Source: an uncultured Alphaproteobacteria bacterium (lineage in GTDB: Bacteria; Pseudomonadota; Alphaproteobacteria; Rs-D84). Taken from it: a stretch of 64,000 nt of DNA. Positions 1 through 8,858 of this stretch are shown piece by piece; the first letter of the stretch is position 1; the number at the start of each line of letters is the position of its first letter. The notes under the pieces were generated by a model, which was given only the letters and a program-made list of their open reading frames with translations, was not told the DNA's origin and made no database searches. Location of the stretch: NCBI GenBank assembly GCA_905234185.1, contig CAJOGC010000005.1, positions 936 to 64,935 on the forward strand, written 5' to 3'. The translations under genes were made by a program, and so were the position numbers.

Positions 1-1371
1 AATAGATGCGAACAATGTCGACGGCAACGATGTTAACCCCGTGCAACCATAAAATGTCGCAGAAAACTGCGGAATTGCGCCACTTATTACCGGGAATATT
101 TTACCCAGGTCGCCATCAATCGACGCAACCTTTGCCTGGGTCCCGCCCGATGACTTATAAAACGATATCGCCGCGTCGTTTGTTGATGTGCTGTATCCCG
201 TGGCGGCGCCGCCGAATCGGACGGTGTGTGCACCCGCGGATGGCCACGAACATGTGTATATGGTTTGACCTGTCGATACCGCCGTCCGGGTTATTGTTTG
301 ACCGGAAAGCGTGCCATGGTTGGATGTGTTCTGGGTTAACGTGCCACCATCACCGCAATTAACATAGAATGTCCCCGTCGCGGTCATTGTGAAAACCAAA
401 CTTGTCGCATCGGACGTGGTCGTGACGTGGAACTTATCCTCGGCACAGGTGCCACCGATATCGAAATATCCAGAATCGCATGTCCAGTTACATGTCCCGG
501 CGACCCAGGACGCGTTCGCGGGCAATGTGCCAGAACACCCACATGAAACACGATTCGTGCCGGACGTGGATGTATTTTCGTTGCTGTACCCCCAATCTGA
601 TTCAAACCCAGTGATATATTGGCTTGTCCCCGCCGGGCAAGTGGTGGCAAGTTGCGTGTTGTAAAATGTTTGATACCACATGTTGGCGCTGGACGAAGAA
701 CCCGGGACAATAGTGCTTGGGAATGTTGTTGGCGGAATATACCCGGTCATATTCGTGCAACCCAAAAATGTGCGGTAAAACATATAACTTGTCTTCTTTG
801 CGGACGATGTGTCAACAGATGCGAACAATGTCGCCGGCAACGATGTTAACCCTGTGCAACCATAAAATGTTTCAGCAAACATATAACTTGTATTTGTTGC
901 GGACGATGTGTCAACAGATGCGAACAATGTCGCCGGCAACGATGTTAACCCTGTGCAACCATAAAATGTGTCGAAAAACATATTACTTGTATTTGTTGCG
1001 GATTGTGTGTTAATGGTACTGAACAATCCCGTCGGCAATGATGTTAACCCCGTGCAACCATAAAATGTGTTCTGAAACATATTACCTGTATTTGTTGCGG
1101 ACGATGTGTCAACAGATGCGAACAATGTCGCCGGCAACGATGTTAACCCACTGCAACCAGAAAATGTGTAGTAAAACATCCTGCCTGTATTCTTTGTAGA
1201 CGATGTGTCAATAGATGCGAATAATGTCGACGGCAACGATGTTAACCCTGTGCAACCATAAAATGTCTCATTAAACCGCGGAATTGCGCCACTTATTACC
1301 GGGAATATTTTACCCAGGTCGCCATCAATCGACGCAACCTTTTCCTGGGTCCCGCCGCTTTCTTTATAAAA
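1..1371 (-). CDS. Continuation of the repeat-rich surface-protein gene in a different frame. It carries DUF285-like 33-aa tandem repeats (FYGCTGLTSLPATLFASVDTSSATNTSYMFAET) and a second copy of the N-terminal beta-rich module. It is open to the window edge, so partial, and offset by one nucleotide relative to 1296..1769
   Basis: Hand translation of the minus strand with codons at plus positions 3k+1..3k+3 gives an uninterrupted reading frame across the whole 99-bp repeat array and into region 5..640. That region is a protein-level paralogue of the module encoded at 1400..1700 (KFHVTTTSDATSLVFTMTATGTFYVNCGDGG... vs KFTVTTTSDATSLVFTMTATGTFYVDCGDGG...). No minus-strand ORF with a stop is listed here, consistent with it running off the edge. 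Confidence 0.55.
718..1262 (-). repeat. Tandem array of about 5.5 units of 99 bp, with unit starts near 718, 817, 916, 1015, 1114 and 1213. It lies inside the coding sequence and each unit encodes one 33-aa DUF285-like repeat
   Basis: Direct reading shows 'agatgcgaacaatgtcgccggcaacgatgttaaccctgtgcaaccataaaatgt...' recurring with exact 99-bp period. Units are 85-95% identical. The outer units at 718 and 1213 and the copy at 5..60 are more diverged. Confidence 0.85.
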
Positions 1372-1769
1372 GCGACGGTTGCAGTTGTGCTGTATCCCGT
1401 GGCGGCACCACCAAAACGCACTGTATGTGCACCCGCGGATGGCCATGTGCATGTATATGTGGTCACCTCCGTCCCCGTCCGGGTTATGGTCTTGCCGGAA
1501 ATTGTGCTACCGGTTGTTGTGCCGCTCTGACTTAACGTGCCACCGTCACCACAGTCCACATAGAATGTCCCGGTCGCGGTCATTGTGAAAACCAAACTTG
1601 TCGCATCGGACGTGGTCGTGACCGTGAATTTAGATGTTTCACACTGTGTGCCGTCACCCAAAACATCAATCTGGGTGCCGGTGCATGCCGCAAACGCCGT
1701 CCCCATCGACAGCGAAACAAATAAAGACGCAAAAATCGCAAAAAGTAAGTGTTTTAAACGGATTAACAC
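1296..1769 (-). CDS. N-terminal part of a secreted repeat surface protein. Contains a signal peptide (MLIRLKHLLFAIFASLFVSLSMGTAFA) and a Thr/Gly-rich beta-type module. The ORF as sequenced stops at 1296 after a frameshift
   Basis: GTG start at 1769 is preceded by AAGGAGG. The N-terminus is hydrophobic. The C-terminal 30 aa (…KKAAGPRKRLRRLMATWVKYSR*) are out-of-frame relative to the homologous copy at 60..200. Confidence 0.6.
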   Translation of the reverse strand: MLIRLKHLLFAIFASLFVSLSMGTAFAACTGTQIDVLGDGTQCETSKFTVTTTSDATSLVFTMTATGTFYVDCGDGGTLSQSGTTTGSTISGKTITRTGTEVTTYTCTWPSAGAHTVRFGGAATGYSTTATVAFIKKAAGPRKRLRRLMATWVKYSR

Positions 1770-2136
1770 TGTTTTTCGCCTCCTTCCTTTTTTACACCTT
1801 GATGGAACCATACAAAATATCAGAAAGTCGTTCAAGCATAAAAAAACATTTTTTATGATTTTTTTTCGATTGACACATTTTTTGGGGGGGCTGGTTTCTG
1901 TTTTTGGTGGACACACCCCATTGTGGGACGGGCAATGCGTCGACTGTGCGTCATATCGGCGCAGGCCGGTATTCATCCGCTTTCGCTTATGCTACAGCGA
2001 GACTTCGCCCCCCCCCTCCTTGCCAACGAAAGGTAATTTAAACTCCGCACTCTATATCATCAAAACCAATGTTAACTAAGTCACATGGTCCAGTAAGAGA
2101 ACGTGTCCGGCCACACCACGGAAGCAGTTTTTTGTG

Positions 2137-2322
2137 TCCTAACAAAATAAATACCCATCTTGCGACGGGTATTTGGTCTTCAAAACGTTCATTAACGTTT
2201 GCTAATTCCGTTCCCTCCACCCGCGGTTGCGGGCGTCGCCCGGAATGACAATTTTGTTGTTCCAACAAAATAAATACCCATCTTGCGACGGGTATTTGGT
2301 TTTCAAAACGTTCATTAACGTT
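2137..2322. terminator. Two direct copies of a ~64-bp element (2137..2200 and 2259..2322). Each contains hairpin ATACCCATCTTGCGACGGGTAT followed by a T-run. Copy 2 adds a second hairpin TTTTCAAAACG-N8-CGTTTTGAAAA that overlaps the rpsI stop. Acts as a bidirectional rho-independent terminator
   Basis: Inverted repeats with flanking T- and A-runs on both strands. The copies are separated by a GC-rich palindrome (cccgcggttgcggg). Confidence 0.6.
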
Positions 2323-2845
2323 TTGAAAACTGGGTTGAACGACGTGCCTTGCGAACACCATAGTGTTTACGTTCAACGACACGACTGTCGCGGGTAAGAA
2401 AGCCGGCGGCTTTCAAAACCTTACGCAGATCTGGTTCGGCTTTTTCCAATGCTTTGGAAATACCGTGTTTAACGGCACCGGCCTGACCCGACAAACCACC
2501 ACCCAAAACCATGCAAACGGCATCGTATGCGGTTTCGCGTTTTGTGATGTTAAATGGTTGTGCGATAATCATTTGCAGCACTGGGCGACGGAAATATTTT
2601 TCCACCGGGGTGTCATTGACAATGATATTACCCTTGCCCGGAACCAAATAGACACGTGCAATGGAATCTTTACGTTTTCCGGTTGCATATGTTGCGCCCG
2701 TCAATTTTGCGGATGCTGTCGCAGTTTTTGCCGCGGCTGCGGTTGTCTTTTTCGCAGGGGCTTCTTTTTTAACGGCTTTTGTAGCCGCAGTTTTTGTCGC
2801 GGTTGCTTTTTTGGCCGTTGTTGCTGTTTTCTTTGCTTCTGCCAT
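2315..2845 (-). CDS. rpsI: 30S ribosomal protein S9 with a ~45-aa N-terminal Ala/Lys/Thr-rich extension
   Basis: C-terminal 130 aa show typical S9 (…[19 protein letters not shown]…[18 protein letters not shown]). TAATG overlap with rplM. Confidence 0.9.
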   Translation of the reverse strand: MAEAKKTATTAKKATATKTAATKAVKKEAPAKKTTAAAAKTATASAKLTGATYATGKRKDSIARVYLVPGKGNIIVNDTPVEKYFRRPVLQMIIAQPFNITKRETAYDAVCMVLGGGLSGQAGAVKHGISKALEKAEPDLRKVLKAAGFLTRDSRVVERKHYGVRKARRSTQFSKR

Positions 2846-3318
2846 TATTCACCCCTTTTGTTTTTACGATTCAGTGACGCAAAATCAATAACGACCGGAT
2901 TTTGCGCGGCATGCTTGTGTTCGGCGCCCGCATACACATGCAATTTTGTCAAACGCTGGTTCGCCAAAGCGACCGTTGTACGGCGGCCCATCATGCGTTT
3001 TACAGCGTTGGTCACCAATTGCGTTGGTTTTTCATCGCGCATTTGGCCCAATGTGCGTTCCTTGGTCGAACCCGTCCACAAAGAGTGCCAAAAGAATTTA
3101 TCTTTATCGGCCTTGTGCCCGGTCAATGCGACCTTGGACGCGTTAATAATGATAACATGATCACCACAGTCCATGTTTGGTGTCCATGTTGGCTTGTTCT
3201 TGCCACGCAGGATGTTCGCAGTAAATGCCGCCAAACGACCCAGTGTGCAATCGGTTGCGTCAATCAGATACCATTTGGCATCTAATTCACACTTTTTTAA
3301 CGATTTTGTCGTTGCCAT
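2845..3318 (-). CDS. rplM: 50S ribosomal protein L13
   Basis: 157 aa with L13 signature sequence. Conserved rplM-rpsI order. Confidence 0.9.
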   Translation of the reverse strand: MATTKSLKKCELDAKWYLIDATDCTLGRLAAFTANILRGKNKPTWTPNMDCGDHVIIINASKVALTGHKADKDKFFWHSLWTGSTKERTLGQMRDEKPTQLVTNAVKRMMGRRTTVALANQRLTKLHVYAGAEHKHAAQNPVVIDFASLNRKNKRGE

Positions 3319-3430
3319 TTTTCTAACCTTTTTTATGTTTTTGCGGACACATTATGCATGCACCCAGCACAAAAGTCAAGAAAAATCAATGCGGTATTAT
3401 TATACCATACCGTGGCACGGGCGCAGAATT

Positions 3431-3463
3431 CCATTCGCTGGCGAATGGGTGTCACGAAGTGAC
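3431..3463. repeat. Compound hairpin element CCATTCGCTGGCGAATGG + GTGTCACGAAGTGAC. Same family as the elements at 63513..63658 and 63697..63840
   Basis: The 15-mer GTGTCACGAAGTGAC occurs at 3449, 63533 and 63718. Each is preceded by a CC(C/A)TTCG…CGAAGGGG-type hairpin. Confidence 0.6.
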
Positions 3464-3844
3464 ATGCTCGTGGTGATGAAATTTCTGATTGTCGATTTCT
3501 GATTTATGATTGTACAGAGCCTATGTCCCAAGAAATCAAGTGCCATCCAATCAGAAATGACACAAGACCGTCGAAGAATGGTTATCATAGGAAAATATAC
3601 TGTTTGCATTTGTGAATATTTTACTATAAAATGTGTTCTGAGTTGGTGATTTGCCAACTTGGGGACTAAGAAACCTCGCGCGAACTGTCAGAGATGACAT
3701 AAAAAATCCAATCACAAATGTGGTTGGAGAGTCGCGAATATACTGAATAAGCGATGACAATGTTTGCGTTGTTTCTTAGCTCCAACCACTCTCGATATTC
3801 TCTTGGGTGGTTTTTTGTTGAAACAGATAAAAGGAGAAAAAACA

Positions 3845-4045
3845 ATGCCAACAAAAAGACCCGTTGCCGACGAAACACTTGCCCAGTTAATTGAAGCAAT
3901 GTATGATTTTATCCGCAAACACCCAAAATATGTTATGCCAATTCACGATATTTATGCACTTTACGATATTGCCACCGTTGAATTCAGCAGAACAATGGGA
4001 TTGATGGCCAAGACGTTAAAAGAATTAGATAAACCAAAGAAATAA
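3845..4045 (+). CDS. Small hypothetical protein (66 aa)
   Basis: ATG preceded by AAAAGGAG. It ends at a terminator shared with convergent argS. No recognisable domain. Confidence 0.4.
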   Translation: MPTKRPVADETLAQLIEAMYDFIRKHPKYVMPIHDIYALYDIATVEFSRTMGLMAKTLKELDKPKK

Positions 4046-4072
4046 AAATCGCCCAATCGGGCGGTTTTTACA
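4045..4072. terminator. Bidirectional rho-independent terminator (CGCCCAATCGGGCG + T-run) between the small ORF and argS
   Basis: Hairpin plus flanking A- and T-runs. Confidence 0.6.
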
Positions 4073-5786
4073 TTTCGCGCGGAACGGTCAATCCCATTAA
4101 ATCGATTGCCGTGGCCAGTGTATCACGGGCTACGCGCACAATGTGCAACCGCCCCGCCCTGGTTTTATCGTCAATATCGTCGCGCATAATCGGACAATTG
4201 TGATAGAAAGTATTTATCAACTGACACAAATCATACGCATAGTTTGCAATTAAATCAGTCGCCCGGTTATCAAACGCGGTCAGAACAGTCCGTTCAAAAT
4301 CCATAATCTGGATAAGCAGATTGCGTTCATCAACGGTCAATTTATGGTTTACGATTTCTGATTTCTGATTTGTTTCGGCCTTTTTCAGAATGCTGTTCAA
4401 ACGAACGGCGGTGTAAAGTATGTATGGACCGGTGCGCCCTTCGAATGATGTGACAGAATCCGGATCAAAGATATAATCGGAACGTAAATCATGCATTAAA
4501 TCATTAAACTTTAATGCAGCCAATGCGATTTCATCAATGGTTTCATCGTCTAATTTTTTGCCCGATTCCGCAACGCGCGCACGCGCGGCAACGCGTACCA
4601 TGTCAATAATGTCATTCAATCCGGCGGCGTTCCCGTCGCGCGTTTTAAATGGCTTGCCATCGGAACCATTTATTGTGCCGTAACCAATATGTTCCAATGC
4701 GTCGGCCGGGAACATATTTAACAATTCTGCAACACGGAACAACTGTTCAAAGTGTAACGATTGACGTTTGTCCGTCAAATATATGACTTTATCAGGGTTA
4801 TCGGTAATCTTACGATAATACAGTGCCATAATATCTGTTGCGTCATACGGAACTGCGCCACGCGAATTATAGAACATCACGGGTGGCATTGGTTTATTGT
4901 CTGTATCGCGTTTTACAATGATGATTTCGGCTCCGTCGCTTTTTACCAACAGATTCTTGTCGCGAATCATTTTCTCAACGGGTGCTGTATATTTTGCTGC
5001 GTTTCGTTCACCCAAATCATTATCAAACGGAACAATGTTTAATGATTTTACAGTTTTATTCATAGATGCCAATGAAATCGGCATAAAAATATTGTATATC
5101 GCATTATACCCCGCATGACCCTGCTGTAATTCCGCCGTAATCATTTGCGCATGTTCCAAAAATGCTGTGTCGGTTTTTGCCAATGCCGCAGCAGATGGAT
5201 AGTATGTGTCTAATTCAGCCGGATCAAATGTGTATTTGGAATAATCGCCGTCTGGGTCAAAATTCGATTGAAAGAACGGCCAATCAGGGTGCAAACGTTC
5301 AATCCATGCGATAACGAATCCCATAGAACGCCCCCAATCACCCATGTGATTATAAGAAATCATTTTGTGTCCCAAAAAGCGTCCCAAACGATACAGCGTG
5401 TCGCCAACAATAGATGTGCGCAAATGACCAATGTGTAACGATTTGGCAACATTATATGCACCGTAATCCATATCGATTACCAATGGTTTGTCTGCGGTAA
5501 TTTGTTCTGGTGCGGCGACGTTTTTCCATATAAAATCATCGCGTAATTTAATATTAATAAATCCCGGCCCGGCAACTGACGCGTTTTCCACAAAATCCAA
5601 TTCTGCCAGTTTTGCGACATAGTCGGTGGCTAATTCGCGCGGATTTTTGCCCGCCGATTTGACATTAACCATCGCGACATTAGTAGCAAAGTCGCCAAAT
5701 TCGCGATTGCGTGGCGATTCCAGGTTCACCGTTGCCCCTAACTTTTCATTTATCTTATCGGATACATATTTATAAAGATTCATCAA
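4068..5786 (-). CDS. argS: Arginyl-tRNA synthetase
   Basis: 572 aa. HIGH-type motif SLHIGHLRT. Class I ArgRS architecture. Confidence 0.92.
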   Translation of the reverse strand: MMNLYKYVSDKINEKLGATVNLESPRNREFGDFATNVAMVNVKSAGKNPRELATDYVAKLAELDFVENASVAGPGFINIKLRDDFIWKNVAAPEQITADKPLVIDMDYGAYNVAKSLHIGHLRTSIVGDTLYRLGRFLGHKMISYNHMGDWGRSMGFVIAWIERLHPDWPFFQSNFDPDGDYSKYTFDPAELDTYYPSAAALAKTDTAFLEHAQMITAELQQGHAGYNAIYNIFMPISLASMNKTVKSLNIVPFDNDLGERNAAKYTAPVEKMIRDKNLLVKSDGAEIIIVKRDTDNKPMPPVMFYNSRGAVPYDATDIMALYYRKITDNPDKVIYLTDKRQSLHFEQLFRVAELLNMFPADALEHIGYGTINGSDGKPFKTRDGNAAGLNDIIDMVRVAARARVAESGKKLDDETIDEIALAALKFNDLMHDLRSDYIFDPDSVTSFEGRTGPYILYTAVRLNSILKKAETNQKSEIVNHKLTVDERNLLIQIMDFERTVLTAFDNRATDLIANYAYDLCQLINTFYHNCPIMRDDIDDKTRAGRLHIVRVARDTLATAIDLMGLTVPREM

Positions 5787-5800
5787 TAATACCCCACAAA

Positions 5801-7081
5801 TTATATCGGTAAAACAACGCGCACGCGCAAACCGCCCAAATCGCTGTTTTCCAGGAATATTTGTCCGCCGTGGTTTTCAATCGCGGTTTTCGCGATGGAT
5901 AATCCCAGCCCAGTTCCGCCGGTTTTTGCACCACGTGCTTCATCCAGGCGGACAAACGGACGCATTGCGTCGGCTTTTTTGTTATCCGGGATGCCGGGGC
6001 CGTCGTCTTCTATGATAATCTCTACCTGGTCTGGGGTATCGATTTCTGTGATTTTTATCGTCTTTTTGGCGTATCTTGCCGCGTTTTCAATAATATTCGC
6101 GAATGCACGCGCCAATGCCATTGGGCGCGCATAGAATTGTGCCGGCGTGTCCGGGAAATCGGTAAGAATCTTCTTTTTCGGCGCGGCATCACGCGCAGTG
6201 CGCAATAACATTGATGGCAATTCGGTGACCTGTTCTATTTCCGGCATTTCCCCACGCGCGAACGCCAGATATCCGTTAACCATTTCCGTCATGCGATCGA
6301 TGTCGCGCAATAATTCATCTTTTTCTGCGGTTTCTGTTTCAACCGCCAAACGCATCCGGGTAAGCGGTGATTTCAAATCGTGACTGACTGCGTTCAACAT
6401 GTCCGTGCGGGTACGATTATAACGATCAAGACGTTCTTTCATAGTTATCATAGCAGATGCTGCTTCGCGGATTTCGCGTGATCCCGATGGTTCAAATCCC
6501 GGTGCGTCCAGACCACGGCCAAAACGGTTTGCCGCCCGCGCAATGCGACGAATACTGCGTGTGTGCAACACTATGAACGGTGCAACCAAAATGCTTACTA
6601 TCAAAATAGATGCGATTAGCCATATAAGAAAAACTTCGGCACTGGTTGAATAAATTCGATGCATCGAAACCCCAAAAGTCGCAACGCGACCATCATTTGT
6701 CGGGACATCAATTTGGACAGAACGTTTGCCACGATTAATATATATATTGGCGCGCTGATTTAGTCGCTGTTTCAATTGATTCGACAACGGTCCCGCAATC
6801 ATCGAATGATTGTCATCATGTTTCGGTCGTGACATCGTATCGTTTACCGCCACATTAATACCAACATCGCCAGCCATTGTGTCCAATGCCACCGTGTTTT
6901 GGTCATTTATAAATTTCATCATTGTGGATATTTCACCGGCCAATGAACGCGCCATGGTCGCGTGTACGCGTTCCCAGTGGTTCCCAAAAAACACATTTGC
7001 AACAATAGTTAACGACACCACCAATGGCAACAAAACCATTAATATTGTGCGCCAAAGAAAACTGCGGGGCATTATTTTCAT
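5801..7081 (-). CDS. Two-component sensor histidine kinase of EnvZ/ChvG type (2 TM segments, HAMP, HisKA, HATPase_c)
   Basis: H-box HDLKSPLTRM and G-box GTGLGLSIAK. Two N-terminal hydrophobic segments. Confidence 0.85.
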   Translation of the reverse strand: MKIMPRSFLWRTILMVLLPLVVSLTIVANVFFGNHWERVHATMARSLAGEISTMMKFINDQNTVALDTMAGDVGINVAVNDTMSRPKHDDNHSMIAGPLSNQLKQRLNQRANIYINRGKRSVQIDVPTNDGRVATFGVSMHRIYSTSAEVFLIWLIASILIVSILVAPFIVLHTRSIRRIARAANRFGRGLDAPGFEPSGSREIREAASAMITMKERLDRYNRTRTDMLNAVSHDLKSPLTRMRLAVETETAEKDELLRDIDRMTEMVNGYLAFARGEMPEIEQVTELPSMLLRTARDAAPKKKILTDFPDTPAQFYARPMALARAFANIIENAARYAKKTIKITEIDTPDQVEIIIEDDGPGIPDNKKADAMRPFVRLDEARGAKTGGTGLGLSIAKTAIENHGGQIFLENSDLGGLRVRVVLPI

Positions 7082-7085
7082 TGTT

Positions 7086-7733
7086 TTACTCCGTTATTTT
7101 ATCGTCATGTGAACCATGGTCTATAATTTTATAGCCACGGCCACGAACAGTTATTATATCCAGATTTGATAATACACCATTTAATTTTGTGCGCAAGCGT
7201 TTTGCAACCATTGGTGCTGCAGATACGATGTTGCCCATAGGTGTGGTTAAATGTACTAATAATTTTTTTTCTTCACCAGACAATGCAAACAACCTTGAAC
7301 CGGTTCCAGAATCAACAAAAAACTCATTATCGGCAAAAATCAAGCCCTTTGGCAATTTTATTGGGGCATCAGTGGTTTTTATTATGTTATTCAGGCGCAG
7401 TATTAATTCGCGCAACTGAAACGGCTTTGCCAGATAATCGTTCGCACCACCAGAAAGCCCCGCGATAGCGTTTTCTGGCCCCGTCATTGCAGTTAACATT
7501 ATTACCGGCGTTGTATCGCCACCCGCGCGCAGGTTCTGTAAAAATGTTAATCCGTCCAAGCCGGTCATCATGCGGTCCAGCACTATGGCATCAACATGTA
7601 TTCTGTTTAATATTTCGCCACCATGTTCAGAGTCAAAGGCAGAAACGACGGCAAACCCTTCGGCACGCAAACCACGTGCCAAAGCCATATTTAATGTTTC
7701 GTCGTCGTCAATAATAAGAACTGTTTTATTCAT
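7086..7733 (-). CDS. OmpR-family response regulator. It is in an operon with the kinase downstream
   Basis: Receiver domain with DDD…D…K. C-terminal winged-helix (…VRGRGYKI). Start chosen at MNKTVLIIDDDE. Confidence 0.85.
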   Translation of the reverse strand: MNKTVLIIDDDETLNMALARGLRAEGFAVVSAFDSEHGGEILNRIHVDAIVLDRMMTGLDGLTFLQNLRAGGDTTPVIMLTAMTGPENAIAGLSGGANDYLAKPFQLRELILRLNNIIKTTDAPIKLPKGLIFADNEFFVDSGTGSRLFALSGEEKKLLVHLTTPMGNIVSAAPMVAKRLRTKLNGVLSNLDIITVRGRGYKIIDHGSHDDKITE

Positions 7734-7797
7734 GTTGCATGGTTCGTTTTTTGTCGTGTCGCGACATATGCGCATTACGCCACGCACATGGCGACCA

Positions 7798-8718
7798 TTA
7801 TTTTCCCAATGGTCCAACCGCGTATTCGCCCGGCTGGATAGTCATTATACCGCCGTTTGGCCCGGTCATATCTGCATCATCTGTCGCTGCGTGGAACTTT
7901 AATCCAGCGGTTGCAAATTCGGTCTTGAACAATGCGTACCCCGTGCCACCACCAGTGGTCGGTCCCTGCATCCCTAACGAATAATAGCCACCCAAAATAC
8001 CGTAATCCAAATCAATATAATCTATGCTGACCAACAATGAGACATTGCTAAGCCCGTCACTGGTCATATTGCATGTGAATTCACGATTAGATAATGTGGC
8101 CTGGGAATTAACGGGAATCACAATATCCATAACTGTCGGTTCGCATACGCGTGATATACCGTTGACCAACATTTCATATGTCATACCAACGGTTGCCTTG
8201 GATAATCCGGTTGAAACACTAACCTGGGAAATTGTAGCCTTAGGAATTTTGACCAATGCATTGGCAATTCCACTGCGCACAGGAAAAGAAATGCCGGACT
8301 GCAAACAGTCGCGTGAGAACGGGTCCGCTTCACATATGTATACACGCGAATGAGAGTTCATCATGAACATGTTCGCCAGACTGTTAAACAAAAACGTGCG
8401 CGTAATACGGTCATTCAGTTTTGTACAACCAAAATTACGACATATTATCATCGGACGATCCGCAAACATCACCCCAGGATGAGCGGCGGATTCGGCCGCA
8501 CGGGCATCGATTATGTTTTGATCGTAATTAAGACTGTCGGCGCGTTGCATAAATTCGGTTTCTGGAATAAAATTCGGATCGTCAGGGTACGCATAGTACG
8601 ACTGAACCGGTGTCTCGGTATAGATTGTTTGGAAATTATCATATTCAACAAATTCTTCGGCGTGTGCGCTAAATGTGCCCCAAACCGCCAGAATAGCTGC
8701 AAAACCTAATTTACGCAT
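7798..8718 (-). CDS. Secreted hypothetical protein (306 aa, signal peptide MRKLGFAAILAVWGTFSAHA)
   Basis: Long ORF with cleavable signal peptide. No recognisable domain. Confidence 0.55.
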   Translation of the reverse strand: MRKLGFAAILAVWGTFSAHAEEFVEYDNFQTIYTETPVQSYYAYPDDPNFIPETEFMQRADSLNYDQNIIDARAAESAAHPGVMFADRPMIICRNFGCTKLNDRITRTFLFNSLANMFMMNSHSRVYICEADPFSRDCLQSGISFPVRSGIANALVKIPKATISQVSVSTGLSKATVGMTYEMLVNGISRVCEPTVMDIVIPVNSQATLSNREFTCNMTSDGLSNVSLLVSIDYIDLDYGILGGYYSLGMQGPTTGGGTGYALFKTEFATAGLKFHAATDDADMTGPNGGIMTIQPGEYAVGPLGK

Positions 8719-8858
8719 GGCAAAACCCTTTATCTCTCAGATAAATATTAAAACAATCGTGGGGGCTGTGTCAAAGCAAAAATATTTTTATTGAAAATTA
8801 TAGTTTGTTTGTTCTATAAATTACCGTAGAGATATTAATTAAGGCAAGGTGACAAATA

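Noticed and set aside
718-1262. Possible CRISPR array, suggested by the regular repeats
   Set aside because: The units are 99 bp with no unique spacers. They lie in-frame in a coding sequence and no cas genes are nearby. It is a coding tandem repeat, not a CRISPR array.
389-2079. Plus-strand ORFs 389..664, 619..849, 717..1013, 1284..1535 and 1585..2079, and the minus ORF 384..710
   Set aside because: They are antisense or out-of-frame readings of the repeat surface-protein gene. The plus-strand 'MKTKLVASDVVVT' simply mirrors the minus-strand FTVTTTSDATSLVF. The repeat structure translates cleanly only in the minus-strand frames reported.
2038-2382. 114-aa minus-strand ORF covering the duplicated terminator element
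   Set aside because: It overlaps the rpsI 3' end in another frame. Its internal repeat (NVNERFE[ND]QIPVARWVFILL appears twice) merely reflects the two terminator copies.
2363-3160. 265-aa plus-strand ORF, plus 2661..2891 and 2902..3285
   Set aside because: They lie antisense to the clearly conserved rpsI and rplM genes. They have low-complexity Cys/Phe-rich translations and no RBS, so they are spurious.
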